This document shows, one piece after another, positions 8,828 through 17,429 of a stretch of 51,410 nt of DNA; position 1 is the first letter of the stretch, and each line of letters opens with the position of its first letter. Position numbers and translations under genes: made by a program. Source of the stretch: a virus (Duplodnaviria > Caudoviricetes); IMG/VR virus record IMGVR_UViG_3300048574_000548, positions 1-51,410 of that record; one strand, written 5' to 3'. The notes under the pieces were generated by a model. It was not told the origin of the DNA and ran no database searches. It saw only the letters and a list, made by a program, of their open reading frames with translations.

Positions 8828-9664
8828 ATGCCGCGTAAGCCTCCCCCTAATAAACATTTCTGGACCAGAGAGGAGATCTCTTTTTTGAAAAAGAACTTCT
8901 TATCAATGACCAACCGGCAACTAGCAACAGCTCTTGGACTTACACTCACCCTGGTACGGACCAGATGTTATTTGATGGGGCTCAAAAGAATGGAACTGGA
9001 ATACTGGACCAGTGAGCAGATCCGGTATTTGCGAAACTATTATCAGAAATGCGGTGACCTGGAACTGGCAGAAAGATTTCAACGGAAGTGGCCAAAGAAG
9101 AAAGGATGGACATTGAAACACATTGAAAAGAAAAGGATGTACCTGGGATTAAAGAGAACAAAGAAGGAGTTGCGTTCCATCAAGGACAAGGCTATCAGGA
9201 AAGGGGTTTATGTGGAAGGCCTTAAAAAGACGTGGGAAAAAAGAGGAATGGCGAAGGATGGAGATGTCAGGTACTGGAAGCAATGGAGATCAATGCGTGA
9301 CTTTCCGGTTATTAAGGTGAAAGGTGTTTGGAAGCATTGGGGGCCATATATGTATAAAAAGCACATAGGTAGAATTCCTGCAGGTCATAAAGTGACTTTT
9401 AAAGATGGCAATAACAGGAATCTTTCTATTGGTAACCTGGAATTAATAACGGATGCTGAGATGTCCATAAGAAACTCGTTGAAATCATCTCAGGGGCTTT
9501 CTGACAACTACATCACCGGAATGCTGACTCGCGGAAGGCCAATGTTAAGACAGGCAATTAGGAGAAATAAAGACCTTATCGATCTTAAGCGTCAACAACT
9601 CATTTTAAACAGAACGATCAATGGAAAACGAAAAGAAGGCACAGCTGATCAAGGAAACGCTTGA
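8828..9664 (+). CDS. HNH endonuclease (HNH_3-like) with N-terminal WT-x-E repeats
   Basis: GRIPAGHKVTFKDGNNRNLSIGNLELIT. Confidence 0.7.
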   Translation: MPRKPPPNKHFWTREEISFLKKNFLSMTNRQLATALGLTLTLVRTRCYLMGLKRMELEYWTSEQIRYLRNYYQKCGDLELAERFQRKWPKKKGWTLKHIEKKRMYLGLKRTKKELRSIKDKAIRKGVYVEGLKKTWEKRGMAKDGDVRYWKQWRSMRDFPVIKVKGVWKHWGPYMYKKHIGRIPAGHKVTFKDGNNRNLSIGNLELITDAEMSIRNSLKSSQGLSDNYITGMLTRGRPMLRQAIRRNKDLIDLKRQQLILNRTINGKRKEGTADQGNA

Positions 9665-10070
9665 AGCAATGCTTGACCAAAAGTTCAGGTATGGTGGCAA
9701 GATCCATACAGTCAAAGGGTATACAATCCTGGACGATAAGGAACAGGTGAAGATCCAGACCAATTACCGGATCTATGAGAAAAGCTTTGAAAGCTTTGAG
9801 GCATTCATTGGTTATATGGAACCTATTGAAGAAAACGGTATGCAGCTGGTCAGGGAACAGGAAATGATGTTACCGAAGATGCAGATCAATTCAGACGTCA
9901 TTGGCCAGCTTAAGGATATCCTCCTGGACAATATCGACAAGGTCAAAAAAGACAAAGAATTCATTCCACAGGCCACTGCAGTTAAGCTGAACGTGGACAG
10001 TGTCATTGATCTGGCCAAGATCGAAGTGGCCTACATGGAAGCATTCGTAAGGGTTAAAAAGCAAGGATGA
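9621..10070 (+). CDS. Hypothetical phage protein
   Basis: Overlaps both neighbours in the operon. Confidence 0.7.
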   Translation: MENEKKAQLIKETLEAMLDQKFRYGGKIHTVKGYTILDDKEQVKIQTNYRIYEKSFESFEAFIGYMEPIEENGMQLVREQEMMLPKMQINSDVIGQLKDILLDNIDKVKKDKEFIPQATAVKLNVDSVIDLAKIEVAYMEAFVRVKKQG

Positions 10071-11764
10071 TGACTATTACAGAGACTGGAAAAGGTTTTG
10101 AGATCAGCTTTCCTTTTGATTATGCGAAGATCAAGGAGGTGAAGGCAATTGATGGCGCCTGGTTCTATGGTTCACGAAAAACCTGGGTGGTGCCTAAGGT
10201 CAAGCGCCGTGAAGTAGAAGCGCTGATGAAAAAGTACGGTGTTCGGGATATAGCTGAAGCGAACATACCAGAAATAGTTGAACCAGCTGCAGAGCTTCCG
10301 GACCTTAAGATCGAACTCAATATTCCCAGGACCCCATTCCCCTTTCAAAAGAAAGGCATTGCCTACATGATGGAGAAACGCCGGTGTATTAATGGTGACC
10401 AGCCTGGCCTTGGCAAGACCACACAAGCTATTGCCGCTGCAGTTGCTCTGCAGGCAAAATGCATCCTGGTGATCTGCCCATCATCACTGAAACTGAACTG
10501 GCAAAAGGAGTGGCTGGAAGTGGCTGGAAGGAAAAGCCTGATCATGAGTGATTCGATGCGTAATACCTGGCATACCTATTACAATGTCGGCATGGCTAAC
10601 ATCTTTATCTGCAACTATGAAAGCCTGAAGAAGTACTTCGTGCAGCCTGGCTGGACCAAACCGAAGGACGGTACCTTCCGGATGAACACAATTCCTTTTC
10701 GCCCGACGATCAATCTATTCGATACGGTGATCGTGGATGAAAGCCACCGGTGCAAGGATGGAACCACGCAGCAGACTAAGCTTGTGATGGGTATCTGCAG
10801 ATCAAAAGAGAATGTTTTCCTGCTTACCGGCACCCCGATCGTTAACAAGCCTAAAGACCTGGTTGCGCAGCTGCATATCAACAATATGCTGAAAGATGTC
10901 GTGGCTCATCTCCCTCAACCGATCGATGCTCATGGCAGGCCAACAGATGGCAGCGGCTACAAGCGGTTCATGAACCGGTATTGTGAGGGAGGCAGTGGTG
11001 CCAGCAATTTAAAGGAACTGAACTCCCGTCTTACCAAAACCTGTTTCTTCCGGAGGGAAAAGGCAGATGTGTTGAAGGACCTGCCACCGAAGATCCGCCA
11101 GGTGATCCTGTGTGATATTACCAACCGCACAGAGTACAATAAAGCTGAACGGGATTTTGTGGATTACCTGAAAAGCGTCAAGGGGTGTACTGACAGTGAA
11201 ATAAAGAAAAAGCTGCGGGGTGAGGTGATGGTCAAGATCGGTGTGCTGAAGCAGATCTCTGCCCGTGGTAAGATGAACGAGGTAAAGGATCATATTGATG
11301 AAGTGATCAGCAGCGGTGAGAAGATCATTGTTTTCTGTTCCCTCCGGGAGATCGGTGACAAGATAAAGGAGATGTACCCAGGCGCTGTAATGGTCAGGGG
11401 CGGTATGAGTGATGAGGAAAAGAATGCGGCTGTTGTTGCCTTCCAGAATGACCCTAAAGTAAAAGTGATCATTTGCTCCATCAAAGCTGCAGGTGTAGGC
11501 CTTACCCTTACGGCCAGTTCCCGTGAACTATTTGTTGAATTCCCATGGACGTTTGCCGACTGTGAGCAATGTGAAGACCGGGCCCACCGGATCGGTCAGT
11601 TGGATAGCGTTCAGTCCGGCTACCTGCTGGGAGAAAACACCATTGACCGGTGGTGCTATGATCTTATCCAAAAAAAGAAGAGCATCGCCCAAATAGTCAC
11701 TGGTGCTGTTGATGAGGTCCAGGAAGAGATCATTGATGAGTTACTAAACCTTTTTAATCAATAA
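10067..11764 (+). CDS. SNF2-family helicase with N-terminal HARP-like domain
   Basis: DQPGLGKT, DESH, LTGTP, AGVGLTL, QCEDRAHRIGQ. Confidence 0.9.
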   Translation: MMTITETGKGFEISFPFDYAKIKEVKAIDGAWFYGSRKTWVVPKVKRREVEALMKKYGVRDIAEANIPEIVEPAAELPDLKIELNIPRTPFPFQKKGIAYMMEKRRCINGDQPGLGKTTQAIAAAVALQAKCILVICPSSLKLNWQKEWLEVAGRKSLIMSDSMRNTWHTYYNVGMANIFICNYESLKKYFVQPGWTKPKDGTFRMNTIPFRPTINLFDTVIVDESHRCKDGTTQQTKLVMGICRSKENVFLLTGTPIVNKPKDLVAQLHINNMLKDVVAHLPQPIDAHGRPTDGSGYKRFMNRYCEGGSGASNLKELNSRLTKTCFFRREKADVLKDLPPKIRQVILCDITNRTEYNKAERDFVDYLKSVKGCTDSEIKKKLRGEVMVKIGVLKQISARGKMNEVKDHIDEVISSGEKIIVFCSLREIGDKIKEMYPGAVMVRGGMSDEEKNAAVVAFQNDPKVKVIICSIKAAGVGLTLTASSRELFVEFPWTFADCEQCEDRAHRIGQLDSVQSGYLLGENTIDRWCYDLIQKKKSIAQIVTGAVDEVQEEIIDELLNLFNQ

Positions 11765-11766
11765 GC

Positions 11767-11889
11767 ATGAATAAGCACGTAGCCTCTGTTCGCGCCAAAT
11801 GCGCCCATTGCGGCCAGGATCCAGGCCGATCCTGCCACATCATCGTAGCCAACAAAGACCAGCCTGAAAAGCCTAAAAACGAATCCTGA
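11767..11889 (+). CDS. Putative 40-aa zinc-finger peptide (not in ORF track)
   Basis: MNKHVASVRAKCAHCGQDPGRSCHIIVANKDQPEKPKNES fills the gap between helicase and initiator. Confidence 0.45.
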   Translation: MNKHVASVRAKCAHCGQDPGRSCHIIVANKDQPEKPKNES

Positions 11890-11902
11890 TAGACCTTACT
11901 GC

Positions 11903-12958
11903 ATGATGAACTATATCGAACAAATAAATGTGTTCTGGAAATTGGACGCTGAGCATTCATTCAATGGAAACGAGAGCCGATTGTACTTCTATCTACTGAA
12001 CCTATCCAACTCGCTTTATTGGAAGAATCCCTTGACCAATGCCGACGGGTATACTGCCTCCGTGGTAGGCATATCTGTTAATACACTCAAAGCCGTTCGT
12101 AACAGGCTGCAGCAGGCCGGGTTGATCAGTTTCAAAACAGGCGGCAACGGAGCCCGGAACAAGTGCCAGTACTATATCGTTCCTGAAGCGCAAGTGATCA
12201 GGAAAAACGCTAATAAGGTGTCAAATTCTGATACCTTATTGGACGAATCACTGACACCTTATTGTATACCTGGCTTACAAAAAACTGATGATATCAATAA
12301 ACATAAACCAAACCAAACTAAACAAAATACAGTTGCGCCGGCTACGCCAGCGCCGCCAAAAAAGGTTTTAAAGAAAAAAGAGAAACAAGCAGAAGAACCG
12401 GAACCGCACTGGCAGCAGCTGGTGGATACCTGGTTCAATTTTTACAAAGGAAAATTTGAAGGCGAAGAGCCCAGCTTCAACGGCCGCAACCCTAAACTTT
12501 TCAAAGAGCTGGTACAGCTCCTGAAAAAAAGGGCCACCCGAAAAAAATATGATTGGACGCTGGATAACGCAGTTAAATCCCTGCAGTACTTCCTGAAGCT
12601 TGCCTACTCAGAGGATTGGCTATCCAAACATTTTCTTTTAAAAAACCTGGTTGAACAGTTTGATTCGGTTTATCAGCGGGCCAGTGATCAGGACAGTAAG
12701 GCTGGCCAGCCGGAAGTAAAAAAAGCTGCGCCTAAAAGTTTCGATGAAACGATGGCTTATGTGTTTGGCAGGTTTTGCGAACCGGATTTCGATCCCGTGA
12801 TCATTCAGCCGGAGTACTATGACAAGCTGGTTACTACAGGGCAGTTACCGACTGGAACTATGGGCAGATTCGAAGGCGATATTGATCAAAAAAAGATCAA
12901 CGCAGTGATTTGGTTCCTGGAAGGGAAAAGAAAACAATTACAGGAGGCTGCAGCATGA
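11903..12958 (+). CDS. Phage replication initiator (N-terminal winged helix)
   Basis: MNYIEQINVFW...LYFYLL...GISVNTLKAVRNRLQQAGLISF; low-complexity linker containing iterons. Confidence 0.75.
   Translation: MMNYIEQINVFWKLDAEHSFNGNESRLYFYLLNLSNSLYWKNPLTNADGYTASVVGISVNTLKAVRNRLQQAGLISFKTGGNGARNKCQYYIVPEAQVIRKNANKVSNSDTLLDESLTPYCIPGLQKTDDINKHKPNQTKQNTVAPATPAPPKKVLKKKEKQAEEPEPHWQQLVDTWFNFYKGKFEGEEPSFNGRNPKLFKELVQLLKKRATRKKYDWTLDNAVKSLQYFLKLAYSEDWLSKHFLLKNLVEQFDSVYQRASDQDSKAGQPEVKKAAPKSFDETMAYVFGRFCEPDFDPVIIQPEYYDKLVTTGQLPTGTMGRFEGDIDQKKINAVIWFLEGKRKQLQEAAA
12212..12330. other. Probable replication origin inside the initiator gene
   Basis: 12-bp TGAYACCTTATT at 12229-12240 and 12252-12263, inverted copy at 12212-12223, then an A-rich AAAC-repeat tract. 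Confidence 0.65.
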
Positions 12959-13377
12959 AAGTTTACAAGTACTATATCGGCATTGACTGCGGTGTAAATA
13001 CCGGCATAGCTGTCTGGAGCAAAGCGGAAAAGCGTTTGCGACACCTGGACACAGTGATGATCCACCAGGCAATGGACCTCGTTAAACGACTTCACGCGTC
13101 CAATCCCGGCGAAGTATTCGCGCGGGTGGAAGATGCACGCCTGGCAGTCTTTGGCCGGCAGAATGATATTCACAGGGCACAAGGTGCCGGATCAGTAAAA
13201 AGGGATGCCAGGATATGGGAGGATTTCCTGACCGATATCAACGTTCCCTTTGAAATGACCCGGCCCCGCAAAGCAGTTACCAAACTGAAAGCAGATGCTT
13301 TCAAAAAAATGACAGGCTGCAGAACTGCCGGCAGTTCGCATGCCCGTGACGCAGCAATGCTGGTGTTTGGCTTATGA
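12955..13377 (+). CDS. RuvC-like Holliday junction resolvase
   Basis: YIGIDCGVNTGIAV...VED...HARDAAML; ATGA overlap fixes the start at 12955. Confidence 0.7.
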   Translation: MKVYKYYIGIDCGVNTGIAVWSKAEKRLRHLDTVMIHQAMDLVKRLHASNPGEVFARVEDARLAVFGRQNDIHRAQGAGSVKRDARIWEDFLTDINVPFEMTRPRKAVTKLKADAFKKMTGCRTAGSSHARDAAMLVFGL

Positions 13378-13592
13378 GAGTTGAAATCCATATCGCAGGA
13401 AAGATGATTGAAGCTATTGACCTTGACTGGAACAGGTGCAATAGCTACGAAGAAAGAAAGGCTGAGGTGTTCAATACCTGCGCCTGGTTGAAATACCGGT
13501 ACAGGGCAACCATAGCACTGAAGCGGAATTGGGAAATCATTCTAAGTGTGGATAGTAAACTTAACAATAAACCAAAAAAGAAAAATGAATAA
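13374..13592 (+). CDS. Hypothetical protein
   Basis: Translationally coupled ORF. Confidence 0.65.
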   Translation: MRVEIHIAGKMIEAIDLDWNRCNSYEERKAEVFNTCAWLKYRYRATIALKRNWEIILSVDSKLNNKPKKKNE

Positions 13593-13797
13593 CGATAGAG
13601 AACAATTCATTCAGCAAAACCATAAGGGTATGACGGCCCGGCAGATCGCCGATCAATTGCACATCAGCCGGCAGGCCGTGCAGAGCTGGGGCGACCGGCA
13701 CGGCTACTCCTTTAAGCCAGCGTATAAAAAAATTAAAAAAGCCAAAGTGGTGAGCGTGTTCTTTGATGAGCATGAGCACGAGACCTGGCTCATTTAA
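13585..13797 (+). CDS. Small HTH protein
   Basis: MTARQIADQLHISRQAVQSW; ATG 13585. Confidence 0.7.
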   Translation: MNNDREQFIQQNHKGMTARQIADQLHISRQAVQSWGDRHGYSFKPAYKKIKKAKVVSVFFDEHEHETWLI

Positions 13798-13815
13798 AAC
13801 CAAGAAAACAATACC

Positions 13816-14133
13816 ATGAATTTCTATAATCCATCAGACACTGGCGGTATCATCAAAAAGCGCCGGGAGGAAGCAGGCCTTACCCAGGAAGGGTTGTCAC
13901 GGGCCTCTGGCATCAGTAGGCCAACAATTGGAGCTTACGAAGAAAACCGGGGCTGCCCATCAGTGCACAACCTTGTGAAGATAGTTGCAGCTCTTGGCTA
14001 TTCTTCTATCGACCAATTCCTGGGGGACAAAATAGATCTTACCAAGGGCAAGATGAGCCAGATAATCCATTCTTATCAGGAGGCCTCCCTGGAAAACAAA
14101 GCAATAGTTGATTTTATCTTAAAAATTAATTAA
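13816..14133 (+). CDS. XRE-family HTH regulator
   Basis: RREEAGLTQEGLSRASGISRPTIGAYEENRGCPS. Confidence 0.85.
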   Translation: MNFYNPSDTGGIIKKRREEAGLTQEGLSRASGISRPTIGAYEENRGCPSVHNLVKIVAALGYSSIDQFLGDKIDLTKGKMSQIIHSYQEASLENKAIVDFILKIN

Positions 14134-14138
14134 TCATT

Positions 14139-14492
14139 ATGTCAACGATAACATTTACAAGTACATTGTCAACAGAGATATGTTGTAGTTGTGGCGTTCA
14201 TTTTGCTATTCCTGAATTATTACAGAAAAAATTACGAGAGACGCATAACAATTTTTTCTGTCCGAATGGACATCCTCAACACTATACCGGGAAAAGCGAA
14301 GCAGAAAAACTTCGGGAAGAGTTGAAGCGAAAGGAGCAAGAATTGGCCGATACAGTCAAACAGAAGCTAGAAGTTGAGAATGAAATGATCAGAACGAAGA
14401 AACGGATAGCGGCTGGTGTTTGTCCCTGTTGTAACAGAACGTTCAAGCAACTGGCAGCTCATATGAAAAATAAACATCCGCATTATAAATAA
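14139..14492 (+). CDS. Zinc-finger/coiled-coil protein
   Basis: CCSC...CPNGH and C-terminal CPCC...H...H. Confidence 0.7.
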   Translation: MSTITFTSTLSTEICCSCGVHFAIPELLQKKLRETHNNFFCPNGHPQHYTGKSEAEKLREELKRKEQELADTVKQKLEVENEMIRTKKRIAAGVCPCCNRTFKQLAAHMKNKHPHYK

Positions 14493-14503
14493 ACCTACAA
14501 AAA

Positions 14504-14716
14504 ATGGAAAATAATTGGATAAGAACAAGCGAAAGACTGCCTGAAAAGTACAGAGTGGTTGAAACAAAAATTGATGATGAGGCCGGTATCCGGAATCGGC
14601 AAGATTTGAAAGTCGGGGACCTTACAGGAAAGTTGTGGTTTACCCCGGACGGAGCTATGTATGTTTATTATACACCAACGCATTGGCGTTATAAAATTGA
14701 AGCAAATGAGCAATAA
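14504..14716 (+). CDS. DUF551-like protein
   Basis: WIRTSERLP...PTHWR. Confidence 0.7.
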   Translation: MENNWIRTSERLPEKYRVVETKIDDEAGIRNRQDLKVGDLTGKLWFTPDGAMYVYYTPTHWRYKIEANEQ

Positions 14717-15272
14717 CACTCTTTACCGTCTTGCCTCCTGTAATGATGAACCGCCAAAAGAAGATGGAGAACAAGTTGTAAAAATTAAGGCGCGTTCCGG
14801 GCTCAAGCATGCAGCATTTAAAAATGGAAGCTGGTTCGACCCGTTTAATAGGAATATAGATGATTGGGTGGAAGGTTATCTCGCTCCCTACACCCCAGCC
14901 GAAGAGAAGGGGATGAAGTGGGTAAAGGCTAGTGAGCGGCTACCTTCGATTTTCGATTCCGATGAAAAGCATTACAAAGTAGATGGAAAAAAAGTTGATG
15001 CAGGACTATTTTACAAAAGATCGGATGGAGATTTTGTATTTGAATACAGACATCATTCTGGCTTTATTACCGATACCGATTTATCAACTATTGAATGGCT
15101 CGACGAATCCGCTACACCCGAAGCAGGAGAAATAGAGAGGCTGAGGGAGGAGAACGAACGGTTAAAGGCAACGCTAAAGGATGTTGTGTCTGTTATTGAT
15201 GATCTTCCATATCATTCTGATATTCAAGCCTCTATTGATAACGCTGTCGAACGTCACCCGAATATTTTTTAA
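14706..15272 (+). CDS. DUF551-like hypothetical protein
   Basis: WVKASERLP motif; start ATG 14706. Confidence 0.6.
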   Translation: MSNNTLYRLASCNDEPPKEDGEQVVKIKARSGLKHAAFKNGSWFDPFNRNIDDWVEGYLAPYTPAEEKGMKWVKASERLPSIFDSDEKHYKVDGKKVDAGLFYKRSDGDFVFEYRHHSGFITDTDLSTIEWLDESATPEAGEIERLREENERLKATLKDVVSVIDDLPYHSDIQASIDNAVERHPNIF

Positions 15273-15293
15273 ACACACCTTTAAATCTTATAT

Positions 15294-15593
15294 ATGTTAA
15301 CACCACAACTACGGTTAGAAGCTTATGAATGGGTAGTCGAAAAAATAAAGCATAATCCTGTAAGGCCATATATGTGTTGTCTACTGAGAAATTGGTGCGA
15401 TATAAATGGTGTCGATGACGATGAAGAAGATGTATTAAAAGCATTCCCAGAGATGTATAATATGTGTCCTGAAGGAACAGCCCCGGATTGTTCCTGGTTC
15501 CCAATTGATACGAGAGGAAATGAACAGAGACTTCGCGTACTTGACTCTTGCATACTTATGGTACAAAAAGAAATTAATAAAGCAAATCAATAA
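15294..15593 (+). CDS. Hypothetical protein
   Basis: AT-rich accessory ORF. Confidence 0.6.
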   Translation: MLTPQLRLEAYEWVVEKIKHNPVRPYMCCLLRNWCDINGVDDDEEDVLKAFPEMYNMCPEGTAPDCSWFPIDTRGNEQRLRVLDSCILMVQKEINKANQ

Positions 15594-15596
15594 AAA

Positions 15597-15782
15597 ATGC
15601 AAGTAAAACTAAAAGACGTCCTGCATCTGTATATAGGAGCGACAATTTTACTCCCGGATAAATCAATAGCCACTCTTATAGGTATAGTAGATGATATTGT
15701 TCATTTTGTGAGTGACGAGCATAATAAATATGGATTTTGCAGCTACGATTCTCCCTGCAAGAAAATAACACAGATGGTATAA
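15597..15782 (+). CDS. Hypothetical protein, possibly truncated
   Basis: Short ORF 3 nt after the previous stop. Confidence 0.45.
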   Translation: MQVKLKDVLHLYIGATILLPDKSIATLIGIVDDIVHFVSDEHNKYGFCSYDSPCKKITQMV

Positions 15783-15799
15783 AATCTTAGCAAAGACAG

Positions 15800-15844
15800 C
15801 TAAATATATTAGTTTCCATTTCACTAACGTATTTAGTAGCTTTG
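15800..15844 (+). promoter_or_regulatory. Promoter (-7 TAGCTTTG) with abutting inverted-repeat operator
   Basis: CTAAATATATTAG-N11-CTAACGTATTTAG (11/13 dyad), then TAGCTTTG at 15837-15844. Confidence 0.55.
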
Positions 15845-15851
15845 TTTTACT

Positions 15852-16319
15852 GTGTCCTCAACCCTCGGAAAGAAACAATACCTGTTATTGGGTAAACTGC
15901 TCGTCATGCGCCACCCTGAAGTGGCGGATCGACTCCTTGTCCAAATAGAGCAGGATCCACCTGAAAAGGACCTTTCCAGGATCCCGGAACTGTACAATTC
16001 CTTCTGTGCCCTTGTAAACATAGACCCTTCTACCTTCCAGGGGCCGCTTCACCAAACACATAAAGTTGACATCCGAAGGCTTTTTGTCAGCATCATTCTG
16101 CATCTATATAACCCACAGGTATATCATCATCCAAATGATAGCATCTTCCTCCGCCAGGGTCTCACAATAGCTCTTAGCACGCTCCTGAAGATCAATGACG
16201 GCCACATGTCCCGGTTTATCCGCGAAACAATCATGATGGAAAAAGTATATGAAGAATACCGGCAGAAAGTAGAACAGGCTATGAATGGATTAACCAATAA
16301 AAACTCTTCTCATGGCTAA
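15852..16319 (+). CDS. Hypothetical protein, candidate late transcription regulator
   Basis: First gene of the packaging operon; HTH-like GLTIALSTLLKINDGHMSRFI. Confidence 0.55.
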   Translation: MSSTLGKKQYLLLGKLLVMRHPEVADRLLVQIEQDPPEKDLSRIPELYNSFCALVNIDPSTFQGPLHQTHKVDIRRLFVSIILHLYNPQVYHHPNDSIFLRQGLTIALSTLLKINDGHMSRFIRETIMMEKVYEEYRQKVEQAMNGLTNKNSSHG

Positions 16320-16881
16320 GGTCAAGACCAAAAAGATCAGTGACCTGCATTTTGATGATCAGAACATCAACAAAGGGTCTGAATTCGGCAATCACCTGCT
16401 GTTAAAAAGTATTGGTGAAACAGGCCTGGGCCGATCAGTCGTCACCGATAAAAACAACATCCTCATCGCCGGCAATAAGACTGCAGAAGCTGCAGCACAA
16501 CTGGGGATTGAAAAGGTTATCGAAATCGAGTCCACCGGAAAAGAGCTGATCGTTGTTAAACGCACTGACCTGGATATTAACTCCGTTCAGGGCCTGCGCC
16601 ATAAGATCCTGGATAATACTGTCAGCAAGCATAATTACCGGGAGGATGCTGAAATGGTTGCCGCCCTGGTGGAGGATGCGGAAATATCCAACCTCAATGA
16701 GTTTGGACTGTCATCCATCAATCAGGAAGGGGGTGATGATGTTCATTTTAAGGCCAGTAAAAACCTGATTAAGATTTCTCTTTCCAGTGAACAGGAACTG
16801 GAGTATGCGTTGCGTGATATCAACTACTTAATGCAGCAAAAGTACCCAGGAGCGATCGTTACTGCAAAAGGCTTTAAATGA
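16312..16881 (+). CDS. ParB/Srx-like N-terminal domain protein
   Basis: KISDLHFDDQNIN, GLGRSVVTDKNNILIAGNKTAEAA, ILDN. Confidence 0.7.
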   Translation: MAKVKTKKISDLHFDDQNINKGSEFGNHLLLKSIGETGLGRSVVTDKNNILIAGNKTAEAAAQLGIEKVIEIESTGKELIVVKRTDLDINSVQGLRHKILDNTVSKHNYREDAEMVAALVEDAEISNLNEFGLSSINQEGGDDVHFKASKNLIKISLSSEQELEYALRDINYLMQQKYPGAIVTAKGFK

Positions 16882-17429
16882 CCAAAGGTAGTATAGACGC
16901 AAAGCGAAAGATATTCATCCAAGAGATGGTCCCCGTGACAACCGTTGCCGGCATGATCGAGGCGTATAAAAAAGCTTATCCGACCTGCAAAAAGGATACA
17001 ACAGCACGTGTAGGAGCCTACGCCCTTTTACAAAACCCTGACATTGTGAAAGCGATCGACGAACTGAAAAAGGAACGAGAGGCCATTATTGCCAAAGTCC
17101 AAAAGGAAGAAATCGAGCGCCTGGCACGAGCAGAGATAGTTTCCCAGGCACAGCTGGAGGCCAATCTTTCCAAGATCGCCATGGGGACCTTCCGGAGAAA
17201 GCGTGTGATCGCGGCCATTGATATCAAATCTGGCAAGATCATTAAGGGAGAAGTAGATGAGGCGCCTACAGAAACAGACATGATATCTGCAGCAGATAAG
17301 CTGCTTAAAATAAAAGGGGCTTATGCTCCGGATAAGCAGGTTCATGAAGCAGGAGATTCCTTCATTGCCATCCTGCAGGCAGTAACCAGCAAAAAGAATA
17401 AGGATGGGGTTCCCGACGGAAGTCATTAA
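16878..17429 (+). CDS. terS: Terminase small subunit
   Basis: EAYKKAY...TARVGAYALLQNPDI; immediately upstream of TerL. Confidence 0.8.
   Translation: MTKGSIDAKRKIFIQEMVPVTTVAGMIEAYKKAYPTCKKDTTARVGAYALLQNPDIVKAIDELKKEREAIIAKVQKEEIERLARAEIVSQAQLEANLSKIAMGTFRRKRVIAAIDIKSGKIIKGEVDEAPTETDMISAADKLLKIKGAYAPDKQVHEAGDSFIAILQAVTSKKNKDGVPDGSH

Noticed and set aside
13816-14133. Master cI repressor
   Set aside because: Co-oriented within the early operon and lacks a peptidase S24 domain
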